Notes under the pieces: model-generated | What the model saw: only the letters and a program-made list of their open reading frames with translations | What the model was told of the DNA's origin: nothing | Databases searched by the model: none | Shown here: piece after piece, positions 26,817 through 35,284 of the stretch | Layout of the letters: the number at the start of each line of letters is the position of its first letter | How positions within the stretch are numbered: position 1 is the first letter of the stretch | Sequence record: SRR20825019_882 | Direction: 5' to 3' (one strand) | Length of the DNA: 36,057 bases | Position numbers and translations under genes: made by a program

Positions 26817-27707
26817 TTAACTAAGTGCCATCACATATTTCTTGGGAGTAGTTCCATATTTCTTTTTAAATGCAGAAATAAAGTGACTTGCAGTACTGTA
26901 ACCCACTTTTAAGCCCACTTCATTTACATTGTGTGAGCCGCTTTCTAAAAGTTGTCGTGCTACTTCCATTTTATAATCAAACAAGAAACTAAAAACTGAG
27001 TCTCCATAAATTTGCTTAAAGCCTTCTTTTAATTTATTTAAGCTTAATTGTATTTCATCTGCTAACTCTTGTAAAGTTGGTGGTTCTGCCATGCGAGCAA
27101 TAATAATTTGCTTGGCTTTTTTAATTTTCGCAACATTATCTTCGTCTACCAGAAATGGGCATTGTTCAATATCTGCATTAGCTGGCCTATTAAAATAAAG
27201 GCTTAACAGTTCATAAGCTTTTCCTTTAAAGTATAGCGCTTGTATAGATGGATGCAAATTATAGTTCATAAGTTGGTTAAGCACAACTGCCATAGATGGT
27301 GAAATAATCTCGTCTTTATAGTACTTTCTATCCTTATTCTCTGCCGTTAAGAATGTAATATAGTTGGCCTCTGTAGAAAATAATGAGTGAAATTTTTTGA
27401 TAGGAATAAGTACCGAAACCACCCAAGAATCTTTTTCAATAGTAAGATCCATAGGCAAATCTCGCTGAGGATTGTAAAGTAATATGGAGTGCTCTTCATG
27501 TAATGGCAGTTGGTAACCACCATCATTAAATGCTAATTGAGCAGCACCTTTCACGCAAAAATGAAATTGTATAAAATCTCTACTTACTTCACGTATAAAC
27601 TGCTTGCTATCAGTCGTTTCATTTTGTAACCTCAGCACATAAAAACCATCTTCTATATGTGTTTCTTTAACCAAACTTTCAGCGTTATTTTTTATTGAAT
27701 GATCCAT
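26817..27707 (-). CDS. AraC family transcriptional regulator, divergent from hemA
   Basis: C-terminal double HTH: PPTLQELA...LNKLKEGFKQIYG, A.QLL, VNEVGLKVGYSTASHFISAFKKKYGTTPKKY. Confidence 0.95.
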   Translation of the reverse strand: MDHSIKNNAESLVKETHIEDGFYVLRLQNETTDSKQFIREVSRDFIQFHFCVKGAAQLAFNDGGYQLPLHEEHSILLYNPQRDLPMDLTIEKDSWVVSVLIPIKKFHSLFSTEANYITFLTAENKDRKYYKDEIISPSMAVVLNQLMNYNLHPSIQALYFKGKAYELLSLYFNRPANADIEQCPFLVDEDNVAKIKKAKQIIIARMAEPPTLQELADEIQLSLNKLKEGFKQIYGDSVFSFLFDYKMEVARQLLESGSHNVNEVGLKVGYSTASHFISAFKKKYGTTPKKYVMALS

Positions 27708-27722
27708 CGTTTTAAAAGCTAT

Positions 27723-27745
27723 TTATTTAGAATAGTTCTAAATAA
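27723..27745. promoter_or_regulatory. Fur-box-like perfect palindrome upstream of araC
   Basis: TTATTTAGAA-TAG-TTCTAAATAA (10-3-10); core resembles the flavobacterial Fur box ATTTAGAATnATTCTAAAT as I recall it. Confidence 0.75.
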
Positions 27746-27876
27746 TTTTAATATATACCTTGTTTCCCACCACTAAATTAGCTGAATTGCTTCAAATTTT
27801 ACCATTTTTAGATAATTTTCTGCGCCTATCGTTACAAATCGTACTTCTAGCGTTATTTTTTAAAAACTCTTCACTC

Positions 27877-27884
27877 TACATTTG
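27877..27884 (+). promoter_or_regulatory. hemA promoter -7 element (TACATTTG)
   Basis: TAnnTTTGC, 11 nt before ATG 27896; no TTTG at the -33 position. Confidence 0.7.
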
Positions 27885-27895
27885 CATCCGTCTTT

Positions 27896-29164
27896 ATGAT
27901 ACAAAACTTGAAGCGACATTTTCCCCAAGCGGCTAACGCCAATTTTTTTGCCATCGGTCTTAATTACAAAAAAGCCGATGCCGAAATACGTGGTCATTTT
28001 AGTATTTCTGAGCAAGCACAATCTGCAATTTTACAGCAAGCTAAAGATGATGGCATTCCTGCCATTGTTGTAATCTCTACGTGTAACAGAACAGAGATTT
28101 ATGGTTTTGCAAAAGACGAGATTCAACTCATTAAGTTACTTTGTGAGCACACTCATGGTACTGTAGATGAGTTTAAGAATGTCTCTTACATTTACAAGAA
28201 TACAATAGCTATAGATCATCTTTTTAAAGTAGGTACTGGTTTAGACAGCCAAATTCTCGGTGATTTCGAAATTATCTCACAACTACGACACGGTTTTAAA
28301 CAATCTAAAAAGATTGGTATGATTAATCCGTTTATGGAGCGATTAATTAATGCCGTTATACAAGCAAGCAAGCGCATAAAAAATGAAACAGAGATTTCTA
28401 GCGGTGCAACATCTGTAAGCTTTGCTTCTGTACAATATATATTGGCTAGAGTTCCTTATGTATCAGAAAAAAACATATTGCTATTCGGTACAGGTAAAAT
28501 AGGTAGAAATACGTGTGAAAACCTTATAAAACATACCAATAACGAACATATTACACTTATAAACAGAACTAAAGGCAAAGCTGAAAAAATTGCCGGAAAG
28601 TTTAACTTAGTTGTAAAAGATTATGCAGATATACAGTCTGAGATTTCTTCTTCAGACATACTAATAGTTGCAACTGGTGCGCAACAACCTACCATTAATA
28701 AAGATTTATTATTTCTTAAAAAGCCTTTATTAATTTTAGATTTATCTATTCCTAAAAATGTTTCAGAAGACGTTAAGGATTTAGATAATGTTACGTTGGT
28801 TCATTTAGATGATTTATCTGCCATTACAGACAAAACTTTAGAAAAGCGTTCTAAACAAATTCCGCAGGCAGAGCAAATAATTGCTGAGATTAAAGAAGAA
28901 TTTGATGCTTGGCTAAAAACAAGAAAGTTTGCACCTACTATAAAAGCACTAAAAGGGAAGCTTAATGATTTAAAAGATGCTGAAATAGATTTTCAGAGCA
29001 AGAAGATTAAAGACTTTAATCAACAACAAGCAGAAATTATTAGCAACCGTCTTATTCAAAAAATTACCACACAGTTTGCCAACCATCTTAAAAGTGAAGG
29101 TAAAACTATTGATGAAAGTTTAGAGATGATTCAACGTGTGTTTCACTTAGAAGATAACGTATAA
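27896..29164 (+). CDS. hemA: Glutamyl-tRNA reductase
   Basis: STCNRTEIY catalytic Cys, HLFKV..GLDSQILGDFEI, GTGKIG, INRT, DLSIPKNV. Confidence 0.97.
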   Translation: MIQNLKRHFPQAANANFFAIGLNYKKADAEIRGHFSISEQAQSAILQQAKDDGIPAIVVISTCNRTEIYGFAKDEIQLIKLLCEHTHGTVDEFKNVSYIYKNTIAIDHLFKVGTGLDSQILGDFEIISQLRHGFKQSKKIGMINPFMERLINAVIQASKRIKNETEISSGATSVSFASVQYILARVPYVSEKNILLFGTGKIGRNTCENLIKHTNNEHITLINRTKGKAEKIAGKFNLVVKDYADIQSEISSSDILIVATGAQQPTINKDLLFLKKPLLILDLSIPKNVSEDVKDLDNVTLVHLDDLSAITDKTLEKRSKQIPQAEQIIAEIKEEFDAWLKTRKFAPTIKALKGKLNDLKDAEIDFQSKKIKDFNQQQAEIISNRLIQKITTQFANHLKSEGKTIDESLEMIQRVFHLEDNV

Positions 29165-30081
29165 TGAGTAAAGTAATACGCATAGGTACTAGAGATAGTG
29201 AGTTGGCATTATGGCAAGCTAATACTGTAAAAGCACAACTAGAAAACTTAGGCTACAAAACTGTACTTGTACCAGTTAAGTCGACTGGAGATTTAATTTT
29301 AGATCAGCCACTTTATGAATTGGGCATTACCGGTATTTTCACAAAGACATTAGATGTGGCTATGGTTAACGGCGATGTTGATATTGCTGTACACAGCATG
29401 AAAGATGTCCCTACAGCATTACCAAAAGGTATCATGCAAGGTGCTGTTTTAAAACGTGCTACCACTAAAGACATACTAGTACATAAAGGGTTAGATTTTT
29501 TAGATGCAGAAGGAACTATTGCTACAGGAAGTTTACGCAGAAAAGCACAATGGTTAAATAAATATCCAAATCATAAGGTTGTAGATTTAAGAGGTAATGT
29601 GAATACAAGACTTCAAAAATTAGAAGACAATTCTTGGAACGGAGCTATTTTTGCCAAAGCAGGTTTAACACGTATAAATGTATTGCCTGAGCATTTTATT
29701 GAGTTAGATTGGATGCTACCTGCACCAGCACAAGGTGCTATGGTTATTGCAGTTATGGAGCAGGATGTATTTTGTAAAGAAGCTGTTTCCAAACTTAATG
29801 ATCACTCTTCAGAAATTTGTACCACAATAGAACGAGAATTCTTAAAAACTTTAGAAGGTGGCTGTACTGCTCCAATTGGTGCTTTAGCAGTTATTGAGGA
29901 TAAGGACATTTGGTTTAGAGGTTGTTTATTTAGTTTAGATGGCAAACAAAAACTAGAAATTGAGAAGCGAGTATCTCTTAAAGAAAATCGTAATCTGGGT
30001 AGAAATTGTGCTATCGAGATTTTAGATCAAGGTGGTAAAGATCTTATGGCAGATATTAAAGCTTCGCTAGACAAATCATAA
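29164..30081 (+). CDS. hemC: Hydroxymethylbilane synthase
   Basis: RIGTRDSELALWQA, DIAVHSMKDVP, TGSLRR, LRGNVNTRL, LPAPAQGA, LEGGCTAPIG. Confidence 0.97.
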   Translation: MSKVIRIGTRDSELALWQANTVKAQLENLGYKTVLVPVKSTGDLILDQPLYELGITGIFTKTLDVAMVNGDVDIAVHSMKDVPTALPKGIMQGAVLKRATTKDILVHKGLDFLDAEGTIATGSLRRKAQWLNKYPNHKVVDLRGNVNTRLQKLEDNSWNGAIFAKAGLTRINVLPEHFIELDWMLPAPAQGAMVIAVMEQDVFCKEAVSKLNDHSSEICTTIEREFLKTLEGGCTAPIGALAVIEDKDIWFRGCLFSLDGKQKLEIEKRVSLKENRNLGRNCAIEILDQGGKDLMADIKASLDKS

Positions 30082-30082
30082 A

Positions 30083-30736
30083 ATGGCTAGTATATTATCT
30101 ACCAAAATTCTTACACGCTCACAACGAGAGTTGGTTTTAAATACAGGAATTGGTCTGGTAGAATATAATGCCATAAACATTTCATTTACAAAGGTTAGTT
30201 TACCAAAAAAGATAGAGAATGGTATTTTTACTAGTCAAAATGCTGTTGCTGCTATAAAAGAAAAAAATATTGAGATTGAACACGTGTTTTGTGTAGGGCA
30301 AAACACTAGGAAAGCTTTAGAAAATCTAGGATATAACGTCATGTTACACGCAGAACATGCTAGAGCGTTGGGACAAAAAATTACAACTCAATATCCAGAA
30401 GCAAAATTTACTTTTTTCTGTGGAAATAAAAGAAGAGATGCATTACCAGAGCTTTTACACAAATATAATATAAACCTTACGGAGATAGAAGTTTACAAAA
30501 CAAGTTTAAACATAAAAGAATTCCAAAGAACATTTAATGCCATTATGTGTTTTAGTCCTAGTGGTGTACAAAGTTATTTTGGAGCAAATAAGCCACAAAA
30601 AGAAACTATTGTCTGTATTGGTAATACTACAGCTACGGCAGCAAAGCTCTATACAGATCAAATTGCAATTGCTAACACAACCTCGATTGAAAGTGTTATA
30701 GCAAAGACAGTAAAGGTTTTAAATAAGACATTTTGA
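30083..30736 (+). CDS. hemD: Uroporphyrinogen-III synthase
   Basis: [30 protein letters not shown]; between hemC and hemE. Confidence 0.92.
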   Translation: MASILSTKILTRSQRELVLNTGIGLVEYNAINISFTKVSLPKKIENGIFTSQNAVAAIKEKNIEIEHVFCVGQNTRKALENLGYNVMLHAEHARALGQKITTQYPEAKFTFFCGNKRRDALPELLHKYNINLTEIEVYKTSLNIKEFQRTFNAIMCFSPSGVQSYFGANKPQKETIVCIGNTTATAAKLYTDQIAIANTTSIESVIAKTVKVLNKTF

Positions 30737-30743
30737 TATAGTT

Positions 30744-31775
30744 ATGATAAAAAACGATTTATTTTTAAAAGCATTAAGAGGCGAGTCTGTTGAGCGTCCT
30801 CCAGTTTGGATGATGAGACAAGCAGGTCGTTATCTGCCAGAATTTATGGAGCTTAAGCACAAGTATGATTTCTTTACGCGTTGCCAAACTCCAGAATTAG
30901 CAAGTGAAATTACAGTGCAACCTATACGCCGATATGGTATGGATGCTGCTATTTTGTTTTCAGACATATTAGTTATCCCTCAAGCTATGAATATAGATGT
31001 AAAGATGAAGCCAGGCGTTGGTCCTTGGCTACCTACACCTATACGCACAGCAAAACAAGTAGAGCAAGATGTTATTGTCCCTAATATAGATGAAACCTTA
31101 GGTTATGTAATGGATGCTATTACTATGACTAAGGAAAAACTTAACAATGAAGTACCATTAATTGGTTTTGCAGGCTCACCTTGGACCATTTTATGTTATT
31201 GTGTACAAGGGCAAGGCTCTAAAAACTTTGATAAAGCTAAAGAGTTTTGTTTTACTCAACCCGTTGCTGCTCATTTATTGCTTCAAAAAATAACAGATAC
31301 TACTATAGCGTATTTAAAGCGTAAAGTTGAAACTGGTGTAAATGCAGTACAAGTTTTTGATTCTTGGGGCGGCATGTTATCTCCAGTAGATTATCAGGAA
31401 TTTAGCTGGCAATACATTCAACAAATTATTGATGCCTTAAAAGATATGGCACCAGTAATTGCATTTGGAAAAGGCTGTTGGTTTGCTTTAGACGAGATGA
31501 GCAAAAGTGGCGCATCTGCATTAGGGGTAGATTGGACAATAACTGCAGAAAATGCCAGAAAATTTACTAACAACAGTATAACACTTCAAGGTAATTTTGA
31601 CCCTACGCGTTTGTTCTCACCACCAAAAGAAATTAAGCTTATGGTTACTGAAATGATTGATGCTTTTGGTAAAGACAAGTACATAGTTAATTTAGGACAT
31701 GGTATTTTACCCAATATCCCTATTGAAAATGCAGGTGCATTTATTGAAGCTGTTAAGGAATATAAAAGTAAATAG
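30744..31775 (+). CDS. hemE: Uroporphyrinogen decarboxylase
   Basis: [53 protein letters not shown]. Confidence 0.98.
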   Translation: MIKNDLFLKALRGESVERPPVWMMRQAGRYLPEFMELKHKYDFFTRCQTPELASEITVQPIRRYGMDAAILFSDILVIPQAMNIDVKMKPGVGPWLPTPIRTAKQVEQDVIVPNIDETLGYVMDAITMTKEKLNNEVPLIGFAGSPWTILCYCVQGQGSKNFDKAKEFCFTQPVAAHLLLQKITDTTIAYLKRKVETGVNAVQVFDSWGGMLSPVDYQEFSWQYIQQIIDALKDMAPVIAFGKGCWFALDEMSKSGASALGVDWTITAENARKFTNNSITLQGNFDPTRLFSPPKEIKLMVTEMIDAFGKDKYIVNLGHGILPNIPIENAGAFIEAVKEYKSK

Positions 31776-31859
31776 TGATTTAATCTTGTCTCATTTAAGT
31801 GTATTAAAATAAAGACACAGATTTCTATAGAAATAAAGAGGTTCTAAACGATTAAGACT

Positions 31860-32336
31860 ATGAAAATCTGGTCCAGACTTAAAAAACTAAGTATAAAGCA
31901 ATTACTAAATTTAGGAGTTGTTTTTATACAACGTCCCTTGTTAATTCGCCCAACGCTTAAAGCTACCTCTAAGACTATGTCTATCTCTCAAAAGGAGTTT
32001 GGTAGTGCACAACATAAAAATGGAAAACCAAATGCATTTAGACATGCGTTATGGAACATTCTTTTGGCAAAAGTAGCTTACACAAAAAATGAGACAGCAG
32101 CAACAGGTTGGGCAGAACAAGTAACTACACTTCACGAAAAACTAGCACCTAATGCACCATTAGAAACTGTTATGGATTTACATAATAATATGGTAGGACG
32201 TCAGTTTTTTTCTGAAGCTTTAGATCTATCTGAAAAGGAATTAATTCAGTTTTTAAAAGAGAAGTCTAGTAATGCAAAACAAATTACCAAGGTAGAAGAC
32301 GTAGAGCGTTATCCTAATGAATTGGTTTATATTTAA
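31860..32336 (+). CDS. Hypothetical protein, DUF6973-like
   Basis: NAFRHALWN...HE...MDLHNN.VGR motif pattern. Confidence 0.65.
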   Translation: MKIWSRLKKLSIKQLLNLGVVFIQRPLLIRPTLKATSKTMSISQKEFGSAQHKNGKPNAFRHALWNILLAKVAYTKNETAATGWAEQVTTLHEKLAPNAPLETVMDLHNNMVGRQFFSEALDLSEKELIQFLKEKSSNAKQITKVEDVERYPNELVYI

Positions 32337-32339
32337 GCT

Positions 32340-33083
32340 ATGATAACATCAGTTTTTAAATCAATATCAGCCTACAGAAGTAGTTTCAGTTTAATTTCTA
32401 AATTAAAACTGTGGAAATACTTTGCTATCCCAATGGTTATTAGTTTTGTTACAGCTATGCTAATAGGAATTTCTGCTTGGGGATTGTCAGACAATATCGG
32501 TTCACTTATTTCTAAAGCTTGGATCTGGGATTGGGGCAAGGCAACATTTACTACAATTAGCACTGTTTTAGGTGGTCTTATAATTATTGCAATTGGCCTT
32601 ATACTTTACAAACACATTGTTATGGCATTAAGTGCGCCATTTATGAGTCCTGTTTCAGAAAAGATTGAGCAGCATTTTAACCCTCAAGCAGTTCATTCAC
32701 ACAGAGATACAAACAATGCACAACAATTATGGCGAGGTATAAAAATTAACGTGCGTAATCTTACTATGGAGTTATTGTTAACAGTGCCTATCCTACTTAT
32801 AGGGTTTATACCAGTTGTAGGTATTTTCTCTACTGTATTATTGTATGCTGTTCAAGCTTATTATGCAGGGTTTGGAAATATGGACTATACATTGGAGCGT
32901 CATTATAATTATATAGAAAGTATTTCATTTGTAAAACAAAATAGAGGCTTAGCCATAGGCAATGGTCTGGTGTTTATACTATTTCTTTTTATACCAATCA
33001 TAGGTATTATTCTGGTATTACCATTATCTGTAACTGCAGCAAGTAAGGTAACGCTAGAAAAGCTTCACAATGAGAAATTATGA
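32340..33083 (+). CDS. EI24/CysZ-like membrane protein
   Basis: Several TM helices; SAPFMSPVSEKIE, FIPVVG, GF..MDY.LER, FIPIIG. Confidence 0.82.
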   Translation: MITSVFKSISAYRSSFSLISKLKLWKYFAIPMVISFVTAMLIGISAWGLSDNIGSLISKAWIWDWGKATFTTISTVLGGLIIIAIGLILYKHIVMALSAPFMSPVSEKIEQHFNPQAVHSHRDTNNAQQLWRGIKINVRNLTMELLLTVPILLIGFIPVVGIFSTVLLYAVQAYYAGFGNMDYTLERHYNYIESISFVKQNRGLAIGNGLVFILFLFIPIIGIILVLPLSVTAASKVTLEKLHNEKL

Positions 33084-33670
33084 TGCTTGAAAAACGGATA
33101 ATTAATCAATTGGAGGAGTATTTTAATAGTCCAAAGGCTAGTTTCGAATCAATAGCTTTAGTTATTGTCAATTTAAGAATGTTGATTGAAATTAAAGAGG
33201 TGGCTAATGATTATCCAAAAGTTAAATTCTATTGTGATTGGTTTCTTCATTCAAAGCTAAGTTGGAATTCTGCAAAAGAAGTAGTGTTAAAAATTAAAGC
33301 TGCTATAATTGAAACTGAACTTAAGGATGACTTTCTTCTACAAGTGAGTAAAATAATTGGAGTACAAGAATTTGTAATTGAACTAAAAGAAATAATTTAT
33401 AAATACCTAAAGTCTAGGAATAATATAGATGATGATAGATTTTGGATAGATTTTTTAAAACTGTACCTTAATTTGATTACTCATAAGCCAATACTTTTTT
33501 CAAAAGAAATGAAAAGCTTAGATATGTCTGATATTGGATTTGACTTTAAAATATATGGTCTTCAGTTTGTTGATTATGAGGACTCTTTTAAGATTGAAAT
33601 ATTATCCGAACAACTAGAGGCATCAAATAAAAATTTGTATTTGGATTATAATTTATACAGAGAAAATTAA
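33080..33670 (+). CDS. Hypothetical protein, very low GC (likely acquired)
   Basis: 196-aa ORF overlapping the previous stop (ATGA); sampled lines 33361 and 33421 each have 13/60 GC; FYCDWFLH motif. Confidence 0.7.
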   Translation: MMLEKRIINQLEEYFNSPKASFESIALVIVNLRMLIEIKEVANDYPKVKFYCDWFLHSKLSWNSAKEVVLKIKAAIIETELKDDFLLQVSKIIGVQEFVIELKEIIYKYLKSRNNIDDDRFWIDFLKLYLNLITHKPILFSKEMKSLDMSDIGFDFKIYGLQFVDYEDSFKIEILSEQLEASNKNLYLDYNLYREN

Positions 33671-33722
33671 TATCAAGCACGAATAAATAAAACATGATTT
33701 CCGTTTTCCGGGAACTAAAAAG

Positions 33723-34625
33723 ATGAAAGACAAATTCTACAACTACATACAAACATTACAAGATACCATTACTGCAAAGCTAGAAGCGGTTGATGGCAAG
33801 GCCAAGTTTAAAGAAGACCTTTGGGAGCGCGAAGAAGGTGGCGGTGGCAGAAGCCGAGTTATAGAAAATGGAGATGTATTTGAAAAAGGCGGTGTGAATA
33901 TTTCTAAAGTTCACGGACCGTTAAACCCAGCAATGCAAAAATACTTTAACGTTGGCGATGTTAATTTTTTTGCGTGTGGCTTAAGTTTAGTATTACATCC
34001 TAAAAACCCTTTTGCGCCAACTGTACATGCAAACTGGCGTTATTTCGAAATGTATGAGAAAGACGGCACTTTGGTAGACAGTTGGTTTGGTGGCGGTCAA
34101 GATTTAACACCGTATTATTTGTTTGAGGAAGACGCTATTCATTTTCATAGCATTTGCAAATCTGTTTGTGATGCTCACGACCCTTCATTTTATGCGCTAT
34201 ACAAAAAACAATGTGACGACTATTTTTATAATGCTCATCGCGATGAAGCTAGAGGTTTAGGTGGTTTGTTTTTTGATCATTGTAAAGCAACACCAGAACG
34301 AAGTATGACAGATTGGTATAACTTTGTTACACAAGTGGGTGATAGTTTTTTAGATGCTTATGTGCCTATTGTAGAGAAAAGAAAAGATATACCGTTTACA
34401 CCAGAACAACGCGATTGGCAAGAAATAAGACGCGGTCGTTATATAGAGTTTAATTTAATACATGATAAAGGCACGTTGTTTGGCTTAAAAACAAACGGAC
34501 GTATAGAAAGTATTTTTATGAGCTTTCCGCCTCACGTACAATGGCGCTATAATTACGAACCAGAAAAAGGTACCAAAGAAGACAAATTATTACACGTATT
34601 AAAACACCCTAAAGATTGGGTTTAA
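33723..34625 (+). CDS. hemF: Oxygen-dependent coproporphyrinogen III oxidase
   Basis: GGGRSRV, FEKGGVNIS, HPKNP.APTVHANWRYF, WFGGGQDLTP, RRGRYIEFNL..DKGT.FGL. Confidence 0.97.
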   Translation: MKDKFYNYIQTLQDTITAKLEAVDGKAKFKEDLWEREEGGGGRSRVIENGDVFEKGGVNISKVHGPLNPAMQKYFNVGDVNFFACGLSLVLHPKNPFAPTVHANWRYFEMYEKDGTLVDSWFGGGQDLTPYYLFEEDAIHFHSICKSVCDAHDPSFYALYKKQCDDYFYNAHRDEARGLGGLFFDHCKATPERSMTDWYNFVTQVGDSFLDAYVPIVEKRKDIPFTPEQRDWQEIRRGRYIEFNLIHDKGTLFGLKTNGRIESIFMSFPPHVQWRYNYEPEKGTKEDKLLHVLKHPKDWV

Positions 34626-34636
34626 ACACAATTAAA

Positions 34637-35284
34637 ATGAAGCATATTTTCACAATACTAATCTTACTAATTACACTTAGTTCTTGTAAGAATAATAAAG
34701 AATTGGACATCTTATCAGATCCTGAGCCTTTAACAGAACTTAAATCACAAGAAGAGCACATGAGAGCTGCAGTAACCTATTTAACAGCTAGCAGAATAGA
34801 TGATGCTTTAAAGGAACTAACACAATGTATTAGAACTTACCATAACGAGCGCGCTTACATTATGAAAAGCGACATTCTTCTAAGAGAGAAGAGATACCAA
34901 GAGTATTTAGAAAATACAGAAGACGCCATGCGCTTCGAAGAATTTCAATCACCTACACTTTTTATGCATAATGGTTTAGGTTATGAACTTACTGGCGAAG
35001 AAGATAAGGCAAAGCCATTTTATGAGAAAGCATTGTTAAGGTGGACGCTAAACGGAACAACTCAAGAAAATTACAGACAAGTGCTAACACAAAAACCATT
35101 TTTAACAGCAGTGGTGTTTGGTAAAGACGTAGCCTTAAAAGACTTTGATAAAATCTTTTCAGATTTTGGTAAAACCCGCCAAGATACTATCATAAGAGAA
35201 CAATTTAGACCATTGCTAGAAACCTATGACGGTACAGGAATGAGTTATTTTTATTTTGAAATTGAAAAAAATCCTACAGAATAA
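34637..35284 (+). CDS. TPR-like lipoprotein
   Basis: MKHIFTILILLITLSS-C lipobox from ATG 34637; TPR-like helices (GLGYELTGEEDKAKPFYEKAL). Confidence 0.7.
   Translation: MKHIFTILILLITLSSCKNNKELDILSDPEPLTELKSQEEHMRAAVTYLTASRIDDALKELTQCIRTYHNERAYIMKSDILLREKRYQEYLENTEDAMRFEEFQSPTLFMHNGLGYELTGEEDKAKPFYEKALLRWTLNGTTQENYRQVLTQKPFLTAVVFGKDVALKDFDKIFSDFGKTRQDTIIREQFRPLLETYDGTGMSYFYFEIEKNPTE

Noticed and set aside
31776-31859. Imperfect hairpin and ATTTCTATAGAAAT palindrome after hemE as terminator or sRNA
   Set aside because: AT-only, bulged and lacking a U tail; not distinguishable from chance in this composition
34616-34636. ORF-track start overlapping hemF
   Set aside because: ATG 34637 has an A-rich context and gives a canonical lipoprotein leader
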